Source: Mobula hypostoma
Taxonomy: Eukaryota
DNA length: 64,000 nucleotides
Assembly (NCBI RefSeq): GCF_963921235.1
Contig: NC_086097.1
Span: forward strand, 136,650,001 to 136,714,000
Reading direction: 5' to 3'
Part shown: positions 50,461-63,829 of the stretch, piece after piece
How the letters are laid out: the number at the start of each line of letters is the position of its first letter
Position numbering within the stretch: the first letter of the stretch is position 1
The notes under the pieces: generated by a model
Databases searched by the model: none
Seen by the model: only the letters and a program-made list of their open reading frames with translations
What the model was told of the DNA's origin: nothing
Translations under genes and position numbers: made by a program

Positions 50461-51770
50461 CAGGGTTTCTCAACTGGAGTTCTGCAAGAGGTCACGAGAG
50501 GTTCTGCGAGAGATCATGATTGAAAAAAAAAACATCGTTTCTTTGAACTTTGCGCAACACGCAATGCTAGAGCTCGGGGTGATGGGAGGCAACTGAGCAG
50601 CCCCATTAGCAATCTCACCAGAGGTCTCTCAGCCCAGTATGGCAGTGTGCAGTAGGATCATGCTTATTTCGTTGAGTCCATTCTCAGTTTCTAACGCGAG
50701 ATAGGGGAGGTCATTGATAATTGGTGATTGCTGTATTGCATGGAGGGGATGTTGTTGATAATTGGTGAGTGCTGTATGCATGGCAGGGAGGACAGTAGGC
50801 TGATGAGGTGTATTGAATGGACTTGCCCAACTTGGGCTGTGAAGTCAGCCTCTCTCTCCCAACTTCCTTTTACGTGCCACCGATTGACTTATGGGAATGA
50901 ACAAACTGTTCTGGTGTAGCAGAAAACTGGAGGGAAATTTTCATTCTAAAGAAGGAATTTTGATTCGTCTCAACTTAGCTGCTGGCCTGCTGCTTTGCTG
51001 TAGCTGTAAGTGTTGCAGAAGGTGGATTGTGTAGATTTGAAGTGAATTGTATTCTGAAGTTTTCTATTTTTGTTACTTTCTCATTTAGTTATTATGTTAT
51101 TCTTTTTATATTTTATTAACCCCTGTGTTTTACAGATGTGTCTGATGGTACAACCTTCTGAGTCATTTCACTGCATTAGTGCAACAATGTCCGTCTTTAC
51201 AATGAAAGCTACTTATCAAAGGGTTTTACATGGAATGGTGATCCAGGTTGTCTATTCCATTGTGCCTAGACTGTGGCAAACAACTTACAAATGCAGCAAT
51301 GGCTCCAGCAAAATTGAAAAGACTCTTAACTACAAATCACAGCCATGTGACATGTAAAAGTGCTTATTATTTTAAACAGCTATTGGAATCTCAAAACAAA
51401 CAGACTAAATCCTTTGCTAATAAAGTCACAGTCAGTAAAATGGTACAGGAAGCAAGTTATTTAGTAGCAGAATTTATTGCTCAGAAATTAATTTACAACC
51501 ATTATTTAATTGAAATCCCAATCCCAGTTATTTAACAGAAACTTATTGTGGTAGCCTTACGAGTTTTTAAAATTTATGAAAGGTAAAGAAAGAGTTTAAT
51601 TTCAAGAAAGGTTAGCCAAGCTTAACTACCTGTGTTTTTTTCCAAGAAAGGTTGGCTAAAAATTCTCAACTCAAAAGAGCATTGACAATTATTTTTGGAT
51701 TATTATATCTACAACTTACTGATCATTCTAATGTACCATGAGCATTTTTACCTTGGGGTTCTCTGAGATT
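50461..51770 (+). mobile_element. hAT (Charlie/Buster, ZBED5/SCAND3-like) remnant
   Basis: cagggtttctcaac TIR-like start; PLCLDCGKQLTNAAMAPAKLKR..TNH (BED finger) and EASYLVAEFIAQK. Confidence 0.75.
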
Positions 51771-52679
51771 CTGCTTGGTACTGCAGAAGTTGAGCAGGAG
51801 AGGAAAGGGTGGGTAGTTCAAAGGTAATGTGGGGAAATAGCTCAACTAATTTCCCTTTCTCCACCCAACCTAATCTAGATCATAGCAGGTCCTGTACTTT
51901 ACACTCACGTTCCCTCTAATCCCCACACTCCATAATCCAGTGCAAATCATCAACCAATCCCAGCTGTGAATCAACTCAATGACTATACTTACACAACTAT
52001 TTGAGGTGGAGAACTCAAAACATTTACACCACCCTGGTTAAATAAATTCCTCCACTCAGTTCTAAATGGCCAAGTTCTTATTCTGAAACTTGGCCTCAAC
52101 TAATCAAACATGTATTCCCATCAATGTTTTTATGCAAAGTTATTGACATATGAGAAAAAAACAAAGCATGGCATGATGAGCTATGAGTTACACACACAAA
52201 AAAAACTTCAAACAGTACTTGAAAACACAAGAAAATAAATACTTTAAAAAACTTATATAGTATGTTATTTAATAAAGCCTGCAGCAGTCACATTTTCTGA
52301 TAACGGATGGCAGCTGAGCAAAGGAAAACTCTTCTAAAGGAAACACTTGCACAATTCTCAGCAGTAATCTGAGGAAAAGCTCTCTTAATTAATTTATTTT
52401 TAATTAGTGAATTAGAAAAAGGTTTGCTGAACTTTGCAGCAGTGTGAGCTGAAAATCTTGTTTTTAAGATCAATTTATGTTGTGTTAAATTAATTTCTCT
52501 AAAAATAATTGCAATTTTATTAATTGACACCACAGAAGTCCAATGGTTATTTTAATGTCTCAGTGGAGGCAGTTAAACTATCTTCCATTGTTAATGATGC
52601 CATGACTAATGACCTATAACTCAGTACCATTGCTGCCAAAGGGTTGATGGGATGAGTCATATTGCACAGAAAGGTGTCA

Positions 52680-53075
52680 TTTCCCAATGGCCAACCATTT
52701 TAATTCCTATCCCCAGTCCTGTTCTGACACGTTGATCCATGATCTCCTCCTCTTTTCCCACGATGAAGCCACTCTCAGTATGGAGGAGCAACACCTAAAA
52801 TTCCATGTAGGGAGCCTCCAACACATGAACAATGATTTTTCCTTCCCCCTTCTATTTCCCAGTCTGCCTCTTAACTCTTCTCCTTACCAATCTATTACCA
52901 CCCCAAGTACCACTCCATCTTCCCTTTCTCCCATGGTCCACACACTTCTCCTATCAGATTCCTTTTTCTCCGCCCCTTTATCTTTCCCACCCAGCTGGTT
53001 TCACCTATCACCTTCCAGCTTGTCCTCTTTTCCCTCTCCTTACCCTTTTTTTCTGGCATCTTCCTCCCTTCCTTA
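52680..53075 (+). mobile_element. Penelope 3' fragment
   Basis: MANHFNS...DEATLSMEEQHL followed by a pyrimidine-rich tail. Confidence 0.7.
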
Positions 53076-53291
53076 TAAACATTAAGTTTATTTATTTCTA
53101 TAGATGCTACTATAGATGTGTTGCAAGAGACCACTTGACCCATGATGTTTGTGCTGTCTGTTGTTAGAATTTAGAACAGTACAGCACAGAAACAGGCCCT
53201 TCGGTCGAGGCTGTCTGTGACGAACATGATGCTGAATTAAACTAATTCTCATCTGCCTGTAGATGATCCACATCTCGCCATTTCCTGCATA

Positions 53292-53922
53292 GAATTGACA
53301 ATAAACTGGACTGGTCAAAGAACACTGAGGCTGTCTGCAAGAAGGGTCAGAGCCGTCTCTATTTCCTGAAGAGACTGAGGTCCTTTAGCATCTTCCGGAC
53401 AATGCTGAGGATGTTCTACGAGTCTGTGGTGGCCAATGCTATCATGTTTGCTATTGTGTGCTGGGGCAGCAGGCTGAGGATAACAGACACCAACAGAATC
53501 AACAAACTCATCCGTAAGGCCAGTGATGTTATGGGGATGGAACTGGACTCTCTCACAGTGGTGTCTGAAAAGAGGATGCTGTCTAAGTTGCATGTCATCT
53601 TGGTCAATGTCTCCCATCCACTACATAATGTACTGGGTGGGCACAGGAGTACATTCAGCCAGAGACTCATTCCACCGAGATGCAACACAGAGCGTCACAG
53701 GAAGTCATTCCTGCCTGTGGCCATCAAACTTTACAACTCCTCCCTTGGAGGGTCGGACACCCTGTGTCAATAGGCTGGTCCTGGACTTATTTCATAATTT
53801 ACTGGCAGAATTTACATATTACTATTTAACTATTATGGTTCTATTACTATTTATTATTTATGGTGCAACTGTAACGAAAACCAATTTCACCCAGGATCAA
53901 TAAAGTATGACTATGACTATAC
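53292..53922 (+). mobile_element. Rex1-type LINE 3' fragment nested in an old CR1 tail
   Basis: RLYFLKRLRSF..MFYESVV, RKSFLPVAIKLYN; (GACTAT)n tail. Confidence 0.85.
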
Positions 53923-55176
53923 TCATATACCTATCTAACAGCGTCTTTAACCCCATTATTGTATCTGCTACCACCACTATCCCTAGCAGCCTATCTCAGG
54001 CATTGACCAAGACTTGCCTAGCACATTTCCTTTAAACTTTTTCTCTGCACCTTTTGTGTCTTCTAGTACTGAACATTTCTACCCCAGGAGAAAGATTCTG
54101 ATTGTCTCGCATTTTGGTATAGGTATCCAATTAATTTCATGCCATTTGCTCTTCACACAGTCCTGATGTTCTGCCCCTTTGGAAATATTTATACAATTCC
54201 CTTTCAAAAGTGACAATAACCTATTTATCTCAGAATACCAGATCTCAGCAACTCTGTGAGGTGGGAAGGCTCAGGTCTACGCATTTCACTAATATGCTGC
54301 TGACCCTAGTCTACTCTTCAACTTTGCATTATTGATATCCAATATACCATATAAATATGGGTACCATCCAGGCAGTTGATGATTGTGCAAGAATTGCTGT
54401 CTCTGTATATGTGAAAGTGATGAACATTTGAGTTGCAGCTTTATGGAAGATCTTAATAATTTAACCCATGACAAATCAAACCCCAGTGATTGTTCAAAAT
54501 GTAGTTTAAGCCAATAACTCAGAGGTGCTGTTCGGGGTCCAGATGAAAACCATTCCCTACCCCACCCCTGCAAGCAGTCATAAGTTTCTGAACAAAAACA
54601 CAACACAGCCAGCCATATCACCTAGACTAAGGATGATGTACATTTTCACCTTCACTGAGAATGTTTTAAATTGAGATTATACTTACGTGTTACCATCACA
54701 GGCAACATTAACCTCACTGTTTACAGATCGATGAGTAATTGTGACTATTTCTACAGATTAAATAACTGTTTCCATGTTCTGAAGCAGTATCACAGTACCA
54801 TGACCCCGTAATATAAATAATTTCTGATGATGTCAAAACTTTGTATACAAAACAAGCTAGCTCAGAAGTTGCTGGTTTTCCAAAAACTGGGCGTGGTGGC
54901 TCTACTTAGACCACCATTGTTAGATATGTACTTAATTAAAAGTGTTCAGAAAATGAAACTAATGCAAACTATTTGGAAGCTAAAACAAGAGATGTACTTG
55001 TTTTGCCTTAAAAGATGCTACAAAGGACAAAAGAATAGGTGACTTAAGATTAGATTTGTTTAATAAGTAGTGTGGCCATTGTATCACTATAATGGCATAG
55101 GAGCAACTTCCACTTTTAACCCAAAGTACATAGAAGTGACATTGGAAGAGATTTCACTTCATAGAAATACGCCTAC

Positions 55177-55242
55177 CTGCCGAACATTACTGTTCGCAGC
55201 TCTCTTCATTTCTTCATGAAGACCACGTGATGTTTTTAAATC
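55177..55242 (-). CDS. MTBP: MTBP penultimate exon
   Basis: On -: attatag|GAT...CGGCAG|gtaggc; 66 nt. Encodes DLKTSRGLHEEMKRAANSNVRQ, cf. MTBP DLKTSRGLFEEMKK. Confidence 0.95.
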
Positions 55243-55620
55243 CTATAATTATAGAAAGGTCAATAAGAAAGTACGTACATTTTGTAAAACAACGTATCAT
55301 TGGTTTTGTCAGTTTTATATAATGGCAGGATCAAACCATCTGAATATCAACATATTTTTTTCAGGATTTTACGTTGCTGAGAAAAATAAAGGGTAAATAA
55401 CAATACCTTGCAGACACAAATAGTGAGACTTATAACACCTAATAAGAAAAAGCTTTAAAATAAAGTGATAAATTGGTCAAAAAGCTAACAGAGGACAGAC
55501 ATACTAGATTGCAACTTAGAATGCTGAACAATAAAATTAAAGTGTATTTACGTCAGACTTCCAAAGATTCTGAGGAAAGGTAATCAATCCGAAACATTAA
55601 TTTCCTTTTTCTCTCTACCA

Positions 55621-55800
55621 GTACAACTGGAATGCTAGAAGGAAAAAGAAGCAGAGGCAGACAGAGAATGAAAATGACAGATGGAATAACATCATGGTTA
55701 GAAACAGGGGAGGCAACAACTACAATTTGGAGGGTCAGGGACCGTGATGGATGGAGAGACATGATTGCCCACGCTGAATGGCAAGACACCTGAATCAATC
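55621..55800 (+). mobile_element. RTE (BovB-like) LINE 3' end
   Basis: TGMLEGKRSRGRQRMKMTDGITSWLETGEATTTIWRVRDRDGWRDMIAHAEWQDT*; flanked by tctctacca / tctccacca. Confidence 0.7.
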
Positions 55801-56195
55801 ATCTCCACCAGGGCTATCTGATCGGCTGAGTATTAGTTGTATCAAATCTGTACATTTAGGTTGTCGGCTTTAGATTCTCTGTCTGTTAGCGAAGAAATGA
55901 AGAGCCCCTTGAACACTAAACTACGATGTAATTATCTGAACTGGAAAGAAAATGCAAAGGAGGTAGTGAATCTACTTAAATAAGAAAGATTTCATTGTGG
56001 AAGCAACCAAAGAGATTAAACAGATTAGCTTCACTTGTCACTTGTACATCAAAACATCGAAACTTGAGTGAAATGCGTTGGGTCTATAACTGACACAGTC
56101 TGAGGTGTGCTGGAGGCAGCCTGCAAGAGTCACGCAACACACATAAAAGCTGCTGGTGAACGCAGCAGGCCAGGCAGCATCTCTAGGAAGGGGTG

Positions 56196-56232
56196 CAGTC
56201 GACGTTTCAGGCTGAGACCCTTCGTCAGGACT
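56196..56232 (-). ncRNA. Minimal type I hammerhead ribozyme motif with intact core
   Basis: On -: agtc-CTGACGA-agggtctcagcct-GAAA-C-GTC-gact. Stem I agtc/gact, short stem II agg/cct, palindromic ACGT stem III. Within a unit (56134-56250) flanked by aagagtcac direct repeats. Confidence 0.65.
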
Positions 56233-56347
56233 AACTGAAGGAAGAGCTGTAAGAGTCACCATGGTTTTGGTGTCAACATAGCACTCCCATAACTTACTAA
56301 TCCTAACCAAATGTCTCTGGAGTGCGGGAGAAACCAGATCACCCGGA

Positions 56348-58879
56348 GGAAATTAGAAATGTGTGCAATAAAGGAACAGCAGTTATAATGGGTGACTTCA
56401 ATCTACATGTAGATTGGGTGAACCAAATTGGTAAGGGTGTTGAGGAAGAGGATTTCTTGGAATGTATGTGGGATGGTTTTTTGAATCAACATGTCGAGGA
56501 ACCAACTAGAGAGCAGGCTATTCTAGACTGGGTATTGAGCAATGAGGAAGGGTTAATTAGCAATCTTGTCGTGAGAGGCCCCTTGGGTAAGAGTGACCAA
56601 AATATGGTGGAATTCTTCATTAAGATGGAGAGTGACATAGTTAATTTAGAAACAAAGGTTCTGAACTTAAAGAAGGGTAACTTTGAAGGTATGAGACGTG
56701 AATTAGCTAAGACAGACTGGCAAATGACACTTAAAGGGTTGACGGTGGATATGCAATGGCAAGCATTTAAAGATCGCATGGATGAACTACAACAATTGTT
56801 CATCGCAGTTTGGCAAAAGAATAAATCAAGGAAGGTAGTGCACCCGTGGCTGACAAGGGAAATTAGGGATAGTATCAATTCCAAAGAAGAAGCGTACAAA
56901 TTAGCCAGAAAAAGTGGCTCACCTGAGGACTGGGAGAAATTCAGAGTTCAGCAGAGGAGGACGAAGGGCTTAATTAGGAAGGGGAAAAAAGATTATGAGA
57001 GAAAACTGGCACGGAACATAAAAACTGACTGTAAAAGCTTTTATAGATATGTGAAAAGAAAAAGATTGGTTAAGACAAATGTAGGTCCCCTACAGACAGA
57101 AACAGGTGAATTGATTATGGGGAGCAAGGACATGGCAAACCAATTGAATAATTACTTTGGTTCTGTCTTCACTAAGGAGGACATAAATAATCTTCCGGAA
57201 ATAGCAGGGGACAGAGGGTCCAGTGAGATGGAGCAACTGAGGGAAATACATGTTAGTAGGGAAGTGGTGTTAGGTAAATTGAAGGGATTAAAGACGGATA
57301 AATCCCCAGGGCCAGATGGTCTGCATCCTAGAGTGCTTAAGGAAGTAGCCCAAGAAATACTGGATGCATTAGTGATAATTTTTCAAAACTCTTTAGATTC
57401 TGGACTAGTTCCTGAGGTTTGGAGGGTGGCTAATGTAACCCCACTTTTTAAAAAAGGAGGGAGAGAGAAACCAGGGAATTGTAGACCGGTTAGCCTAACA
57501 TTGGTGGTGGGGAAACTGCTAGAGTCAGTTATCAAAGATGTGATAACAGCACACTTGCAAAGCGGTGAAATCATCGGACAAGGTCAGTATGGATTTGTGA
57601 AAGGAAGATCATGTCTGACGAATCTCATAGAATTTTTTGAGGATGTAACTAGTAGAAGGGATAGGGGAGAACCAGTGGATGTGGTATATTTGGATTTTCA
57701 AAAGGCTTTTGACTTTGTCCCACACAGGAGATTAGTGTGCAAACTTAAAGCACACGGTATTGGGGGTAAGGTATTGATGTGGATAGAGAATTGGTTGGCA
57801 GACAGGAAGCAAAGAGTGGGAATAAACAGGACCTTTTCAGAGTGGCAGGCAGTGACTAGTGGGGTACTGCAAGGCTCAGTGCTGGGACCCCAGTTGTTTA
57901 CAATATATATTAATGACTTGGATGAGGGAATTAAATGCAGCATCTCCAAGTTTGCGGATGACACGAAGCTGGGCGGCAGTGTTAGCTGTGAGGAGGATGC
58001 TAAGAGGATGCAGGGTGACTTGGATAGTTTAGGTAAGTGGGCAAATTCATGGCAGATGCAATTTAATGTGGATAAATGTGAAGTTATCCATTTTGGTGGC
58101 AAAAACAGGAAAACAGTATTATCTGAATGGTGGCCGATTAGGAAAAGGGGAGGTGCAACGAGACCTGGGTGTCATTATACACCAGTCATTGAAAGTGGGC
58201 ATGCAGGTACAGCAGGCGGTGAAAAAGGCGAATGGTATGCTGGCATTTATAGCAAGAGGATTCGAGTACAGGAGCAGGGAGGTACTACTGCAGTTGGACA
58301 AGGCCTTGGTGAGACCACACCTGGAGTATTGTGTGCAGTTTTGGTCCCCTAATCTGAGGAAAGACATCCTTGCCATAGAGTGAGTACAAAGAAGGTTCAC
58401 CAGATTGATTCCTGGGATGGCGGGACTTTCATATGATGAAAGACTGGATGAACTAGGCTTATACTCTTTGGAATTTAGAAGATTGACAGGGGGGATCTGA
58501 TTGAAACGTATAAAATCCTAAAGGGATTGGACAGGCTAGATGCAGGAAGATTGTTCCCGATGTTGGGGAAGTCCAGAACGAGGGGTCACAGTTTGAGGAT
58601 AAAGGGGAAGCCTTCTATGACCGAGATTAGGAAAAACTTCTTCACACAGAGAGTGGTGAATCTGTGGAATTCTCTGCCACAGGAAACAGTTGAGGCCAGT
58701 TCATTGGCTATATTTAAGAGGGAGTTAGATATGGCCCTTGTGGCTAAAGGGATCAGGGGGTATGGAGGGAAGGCTGGTACAGGGTTCTGAGTTGATGATC
58801 AGCCATGATCATACTGAATGGCGGTACAGGCTCGAAGGGCCGAATGGCTTACTCCTGCACCTATTTTCTATGTTTCTAT
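56348..58879 (+). mobile_element. Young CR1 (third copy of the 4962-7797 family), disrupted ORF2
   Basis: ORF 56322-58352 is near-identical to the 871-aa ORF until a frameshift near 58115; stop at 58381; same 3'UTR and tail. Confidence 0.95.
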
Positions 58880-59809
58880 GCTGTCAAGGGGAGAACGTAC
58901 AAACTCCTTACAGACAATGGTTGGAATCTGAACCCTGATCTTCCTATTGTTGGCACTGTAAAGCATTACACTAATCACCGTGCTACCATGCTGCTCCCTA
59001 CCGCACATTCCAGTCATTTCAAAAACCCCTTCCATTATAAGCCAAGGTCTCTCAGAGTGATTATCCAGCATCTCATCTTTTCTGGGCTGAATGCTGATCC
59101 AGTGATCCTAGCCAAGAAGATCCTGAACAATAAGGATAAAGTTCAAAATGGCGTCAAGCTGCCATCTCCATTGAGGTCATGGCTCAAACTTAGCTTTTTT
59201 TTAGGTTTGTAGGGATGGTTTTGAGGGGCGGGGGAGTAAGTTCCAAGTCAGACCTTTCATATTACTACTCCTGGGTTTAATTCCTGGAGTGACCCACCCA
59301 AATGGAAGCAGTTTCACCAGAAAGTATGCAGTTTTTCCGAGAGGTGGCTCACCTTCCCTGGGCAAATAAATATAAATAACAAACCTTTAACTTTCTAGCA
59401 ATACTCATATGTCGTGAATGGAAAAAAAATAGCAATCAACAGAAAGCACTCTTACAACATAGAAAGAGGCCCTCTGGCCTTGACGACCAAGTTACGCATC
59501 CAAGTTATTGCTCCTATCGATGAACCTGTCCAATTGTCTTTTAAATGATGTCAATGAAACCGCATCAAACAGTTCATTCCATATATGGACCACCCTCTAT
59601 GTGGAAACAATTTGCCTTTCAGGTTCTTATTAAATTTATCACCTCTTACTTTAAATCCTGTACCATATACTTCTCGATTCCTCTGCCCTGGAAAAGCTCC
59701 TGCAATTTCCTACATTCTCTTCATATAAAGCTGAAGTTTATCTTCAGATTTTGGGAAAAAAGATTCTTCTCTTTCAATAACAAATATTTTAGCAACACTC
59801 ACAAAGCAA

Positions 59810-60080
59810 CATACATAAAATGATGCAGTCAGGCAGTGTCATGGAAATGAACAAAGATCCGACGTTTATTCCACCCACCTACTTACCTTCACCTATCACC
59901 TTCTAGCTATTCTCCTTCACCTCCCCTACGCTTTTATTCCAGCGTCTTCCCCTTCCTTTCCAGCCCGAAATATCAACTGTTTGTTCATTTCCATAGATGC
60001 TGCCTGACCTGTTGAGTTCCTCCAGCATTTTGCATATGTTGCTTTGGATTTCCAGCATCTGCAGAATTTCTTGTGTTTAT
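59810..60080. mobile_element. Degenerate fold-back Penelope-derived unit
   Basis: gtcaggcag..atggaaatgaacaa mirrored by ttgttcatttccatagatgctgcctgac. Confidence 0.6.
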
Positions 60081-60664
60081 TATCTTAACAACACTGATGT
60101 TTTTTCTCTGTTATTGAATACCACAGCATCTACACTAGATGCTGAAGTTTTGAGATTTTTGTGCTTTAAAGCACAGCATATGGGTATAATGGTGATAGAT
60201 GAGTTGATTAATACAAACTCAGTGTGAAGGTTATCAGAAGGAAAATAAAAACTGTTAGAGAAACTTAGTAGGCCAAGCAGCAATTGTGGAGGGAAATGGA
60301 CAGTCAACAGTTTGGATCCAGATGAAAGGTGATGATCAGAAACATTAACTTTCTATTTAGACCATAAGATACAGAAGCAGAAGTAGGCCATTTAGCCCAT
60401 TGAGTCTGCTCCACCACTCAACCATGGGCTGATCCAATTCTTCCAGTCATCCCCACTCCCTGCCTTCTCCCCATACCCTTTGATGCCCAATCATTGGAGT
60501 TATCCATTGGTGAGTCCTCAGGTGGCTGTAGGGGCCGATCTGAGATCCACATATTCTGGTGCAGTGTGGGCCTGAGTAAGTGCTGGCTGTGTTTTTTGGT
60601 TGCTCAGTCTCTCCTTTTGTAGCTGTTACTTGTTCTCCTTGGCACAGAGGTCACTACATAGTCA

Positions 60665-61335
60665 TCCCTTTCTTATTGCTCAGTTTTATCCGTACAGCCT
60701 CAGTAGATGTGCCCTAGTCCATCCTGTATGAGCACTGCAGTGACATTTTCCCTGAGCGGTAATGCCACCCCTCCCCACTTTAACTCTTCCTGTACTGCCA
60801 TGTCTAAAACAATGAAAGTCCAGATTACTGAGCTGCCAGTTCTGTATCTGCAACAAAGTCCCACCAATGGCTACAATGTCATAGTACAGAGCCATGCTCT
60901 AAGCTCATCCGTCTTACCTACAATACTCCTTGCATTGAAATAGATGCAACTGAGAACATTATTCCCACCATGTTTAACCTTTCCATTCATGCAGGCTTAT
61001 CAACATCTTTTCCCACAATCACTCCATCTATCTGCCCTGGCACTCTGGTTCCCATCCCTCCGCAACTCTAGCTTAAACACACCCCACCCCCCACCCCCAA
61101 ATCAGCAGTAGCAAATCTTCCAACAAGGATATTAGTCCCCCTTCAGTTCAGGTGCAAATCATCCTGTCTGTACTGGTCCCACCTTCCCTGGAAGAGAGCA
61201 CAATGATCCAAAAATCTGAAGCCCTCCCTCATGTGCCATCTCCTTAGCCATGTGTTGAACTGTATGACATTTCCTATTTCTGGCCTCACTAGCACATGGC
61301 ATGGGTAGCAATCCTGAAATCAGATTCCTGGAGAT
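60665..61335 (-). mobile_element. Decayed CR1 ORF1/ORF2 junction
   Basis: ISGLLPMPCASEARNR and YDIVAI motifs on -. Confidence 0.65.
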
Positions 61336-61531
61336 CCTGTCCTTTCCTTTCCTCGATACTGCCTGACCCACTGGATTCTCTGGCAGCTTGTTTTTCGCTT
61401 CAAATTCCAGCATCTGCGATATCTAATAGCTACAGAGGACATTACATCTCCTTTCTTCTGTCATTGAAATGCTCCTTTACAACGTTTATGTTTCCATATG
61501 ATTTCCCTTCAGCTACAGGTGTACAATTATG

Positions 61532-61765
61532 CCAGCCGGTGGTGTTGTGGCATCAGGACCGGACTTTGAGGCGAATGGTCCCGGATTTGAATCCAGCTGG
61601 CCCCTTGCACACTTTCTATCCATGCTGGGATGAGTGTCGAGCCAGCAAATTAGCCTTGTCAAAAACAGACAAATGCTAAGGTAACGGCAAAAAATGCCGT
61701 CCAATGCGCCACAAGGCGTGAAAAGGAACAACCACCACGGGTGCACATTAACAACCACACACAAT
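61532..61765 (+). mobile_element. tRNA-derived SINE
   Basis: ggtggtgttgtggc (A box-like) and gatttgaatcc (B box-like); acaaccac-type tail. Confidence 0.55.
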
Positions 61766-62571
61766 CATGGAGGTTCCAAGAATCTACACATCACCAAGTG
61801 GTATCACAAATGGTAAATCGAAGCCTTCAGAATATTGCTTCAGAGGATCACAGCCAATCCTATACCAAATCTATCACTGTCTCATTATAAATTCCTGAAA
61901 TTATACTTAATGGATTAGAAAATGCCTAGTCAATGTATGGATGTGTAATATAGCAGTGTATGTGGATTGTAATCTATTTCCAGAATTTAGTCCCACTAAA
62001 GCCAGGAAACCAAATCTTAGAAGTGGAGTGAAAAGAACATTATGTTTTCTTCCTGAGACCAAGGATGAAATTCTTTTACCCCACTAATGTCTTTCTTTGG
62101 GATCATTCACTAGGTATTTTGGTACAGTATCTATATCTATTCCATCAATAAATTGTCCTCCTCCAGCTTAAACCTTCTCTTTGTATCATGAGTTACAAAC
62201 TGCAGCAAGTAATTAAAGTGGTTTCATAGCATGCACACCTGTGTTCAATTGTTAATAATAGGCATATGGTAGGCAAACTGGTATTGCCAATAAGACCACT
62301 GCAGCTGTTAGATATGCAATAAAATTAAACCAAGTGTGCATTCTGATCAATGGTGTTGTAACAAACATTATCATTAAGAGGAATGTGAAGGAATAACAAA
62401 GGCATATCCCTCCTTTGAAAGTGGAGATTTGATCATTTTAATTACCCTACAAACATCAAACAAAACCATTTCAATTGTTAACATGTGGAATAAAGGCAGA
62501 TTTAAAAAAAAATTGCAATGATTTAGAATACTTGGATAAAAACCGGGAATGTGGGATGAAAGGTAACCTAC

Positions 62572-62685
62572 CTTGAGGTAAAACAAAGATATTTTAAATA
62601 GACGCTGACTGCAAGAAACAAACGATTTATGGTTCTTTGAGATTCCATTATTCTCAAGGGTTTTTGCCACAACTTCTTTCAGCAT
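62572..62685 (-). CDS. MTBP: MDM2-binding protein exon (C-terminal domain)
   Basis: On -: tttctccttag|ATG...CTCAAG|gtaggt; 114 nt, phase 0/0. Encodes [38 protein letters not shown], cf. MTBP ILKEVV..TL...CSQRLFEISKFYLK. Confidence 0.94.
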
Positions 62686-63169
62686 CTAAGGAGAAACATG
62701 AGAATGAAAATAATTAAAGCATGCATTTCCATCCTATTCCTAAACTATTCAAAGACACCAACGATGATCATTTCTAACCCATATCAAAGCATGATTCTGA
62801 AAACTGTTCACATAGTTAGCTTATACTGCTTAAGTGTACAGTGCTATTCAGAAAGGGAATCTAATATTTAAGTACAACTTGGCAATGATGAGCACTAACT
62901 CTAAATATTTAGGGCCAGTTTTCTTCAACAGATGTCAATATAACCTAACTAAAAGTTCCAGTAAAAACAGCATTCAATTTTGCAGTTGAGATACATTATA
63001 TAGTTGTTTGGACAGCGGTTATGGGAGAGCAACATGTATGAGTTTTAATGTTAGACAAGTTAAAAGGAAGTTTCTCAACACAGAAATTAAGATTTCTTCA
63101 GCCATTTGTGATGTGACAATCATAATCAAAGGAAGGGGGTAACCTGGTGCAGATGTGATTCAACAACAA

Positions 63170-63426
63170 TTGAGGTAGTGCTAATGGGTTTGTTCATTGT
63201 TGTTCCCTTCTGCCATCAGATTACTGAATGGACAATGAACCAACCCATGAACAATATCTCATTATTTTTGCTCTCTTTTTGCACTACTTATTTAATTTAT
63301 TTTGATGAATATATTTCTTATCATAATTATTAATTATAATTTTATATATTGCACTGTAGTGCTATTGCAAAACAACAAATTTCACGACATAGTATGTCAG
63401 TGATGTTAAACCTGATTCTAATTCTG
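63170..63426 (+). mobile_element. Rex1-type 3'UTR fragment
   Basis: Co-linear with 880-1104; aaacctgattctaattctga tail. Confidence 0.6.
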
Positions 63427-63829
63427 ACGCAGGCCAGCATTTAAACTGTAGTAAAGGGCACAGTATCAGAATAAAGACTCATTCATTAAAGACTGGGACA
63501 GAAATAAGCATTTTCAATCAGAGTTTGTAGACCTTTTAAATATTCCACCTGAGGTTACAGTTGCTCAATCACTGAGCATGTTCAAGGGTAACATTTCTGA
63601 ACCCTGGGTACGAAAGAACAACATGAGAACGTGGACTTGAGTACAATATTCCATCTTAATATTGAATGATGCTGTGTTCTCCAGAAGTTCTGAGACCTGC
63701 TCGTATTCTTCCATCACAAAATCTACCGAAATCTCAAAACTGGCCTGAAGATGTCAGCATGCAAGTTCCATCAGAAGTACAAGGAATAATTACTAGGGAG
63801 CCCATCCATAAAGTGTTGTCTTCACAAAT

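Larger units (their letters stand above)
56025..58995 (-). mobile_element. SINE split by a hammerhead unit and by a CR1
   Basis: ggagaaaccagatcacccggagg...[CR1]...gtcaaggggagaacgtacaaactccttacagac is continuous SINE sequence. Confidence 0.6.

Noticed and set aside
61532..61605. tRNA gene
   Set aside because: A/B boxes are degenerate and continue into a SINE body and tail.
62374..62685. 103-aa single-exon gene starting at ATG
   Set aside because: The ATG is internal, directly after a splice acceptor; homology to MTBP ends at the donor at 62571.
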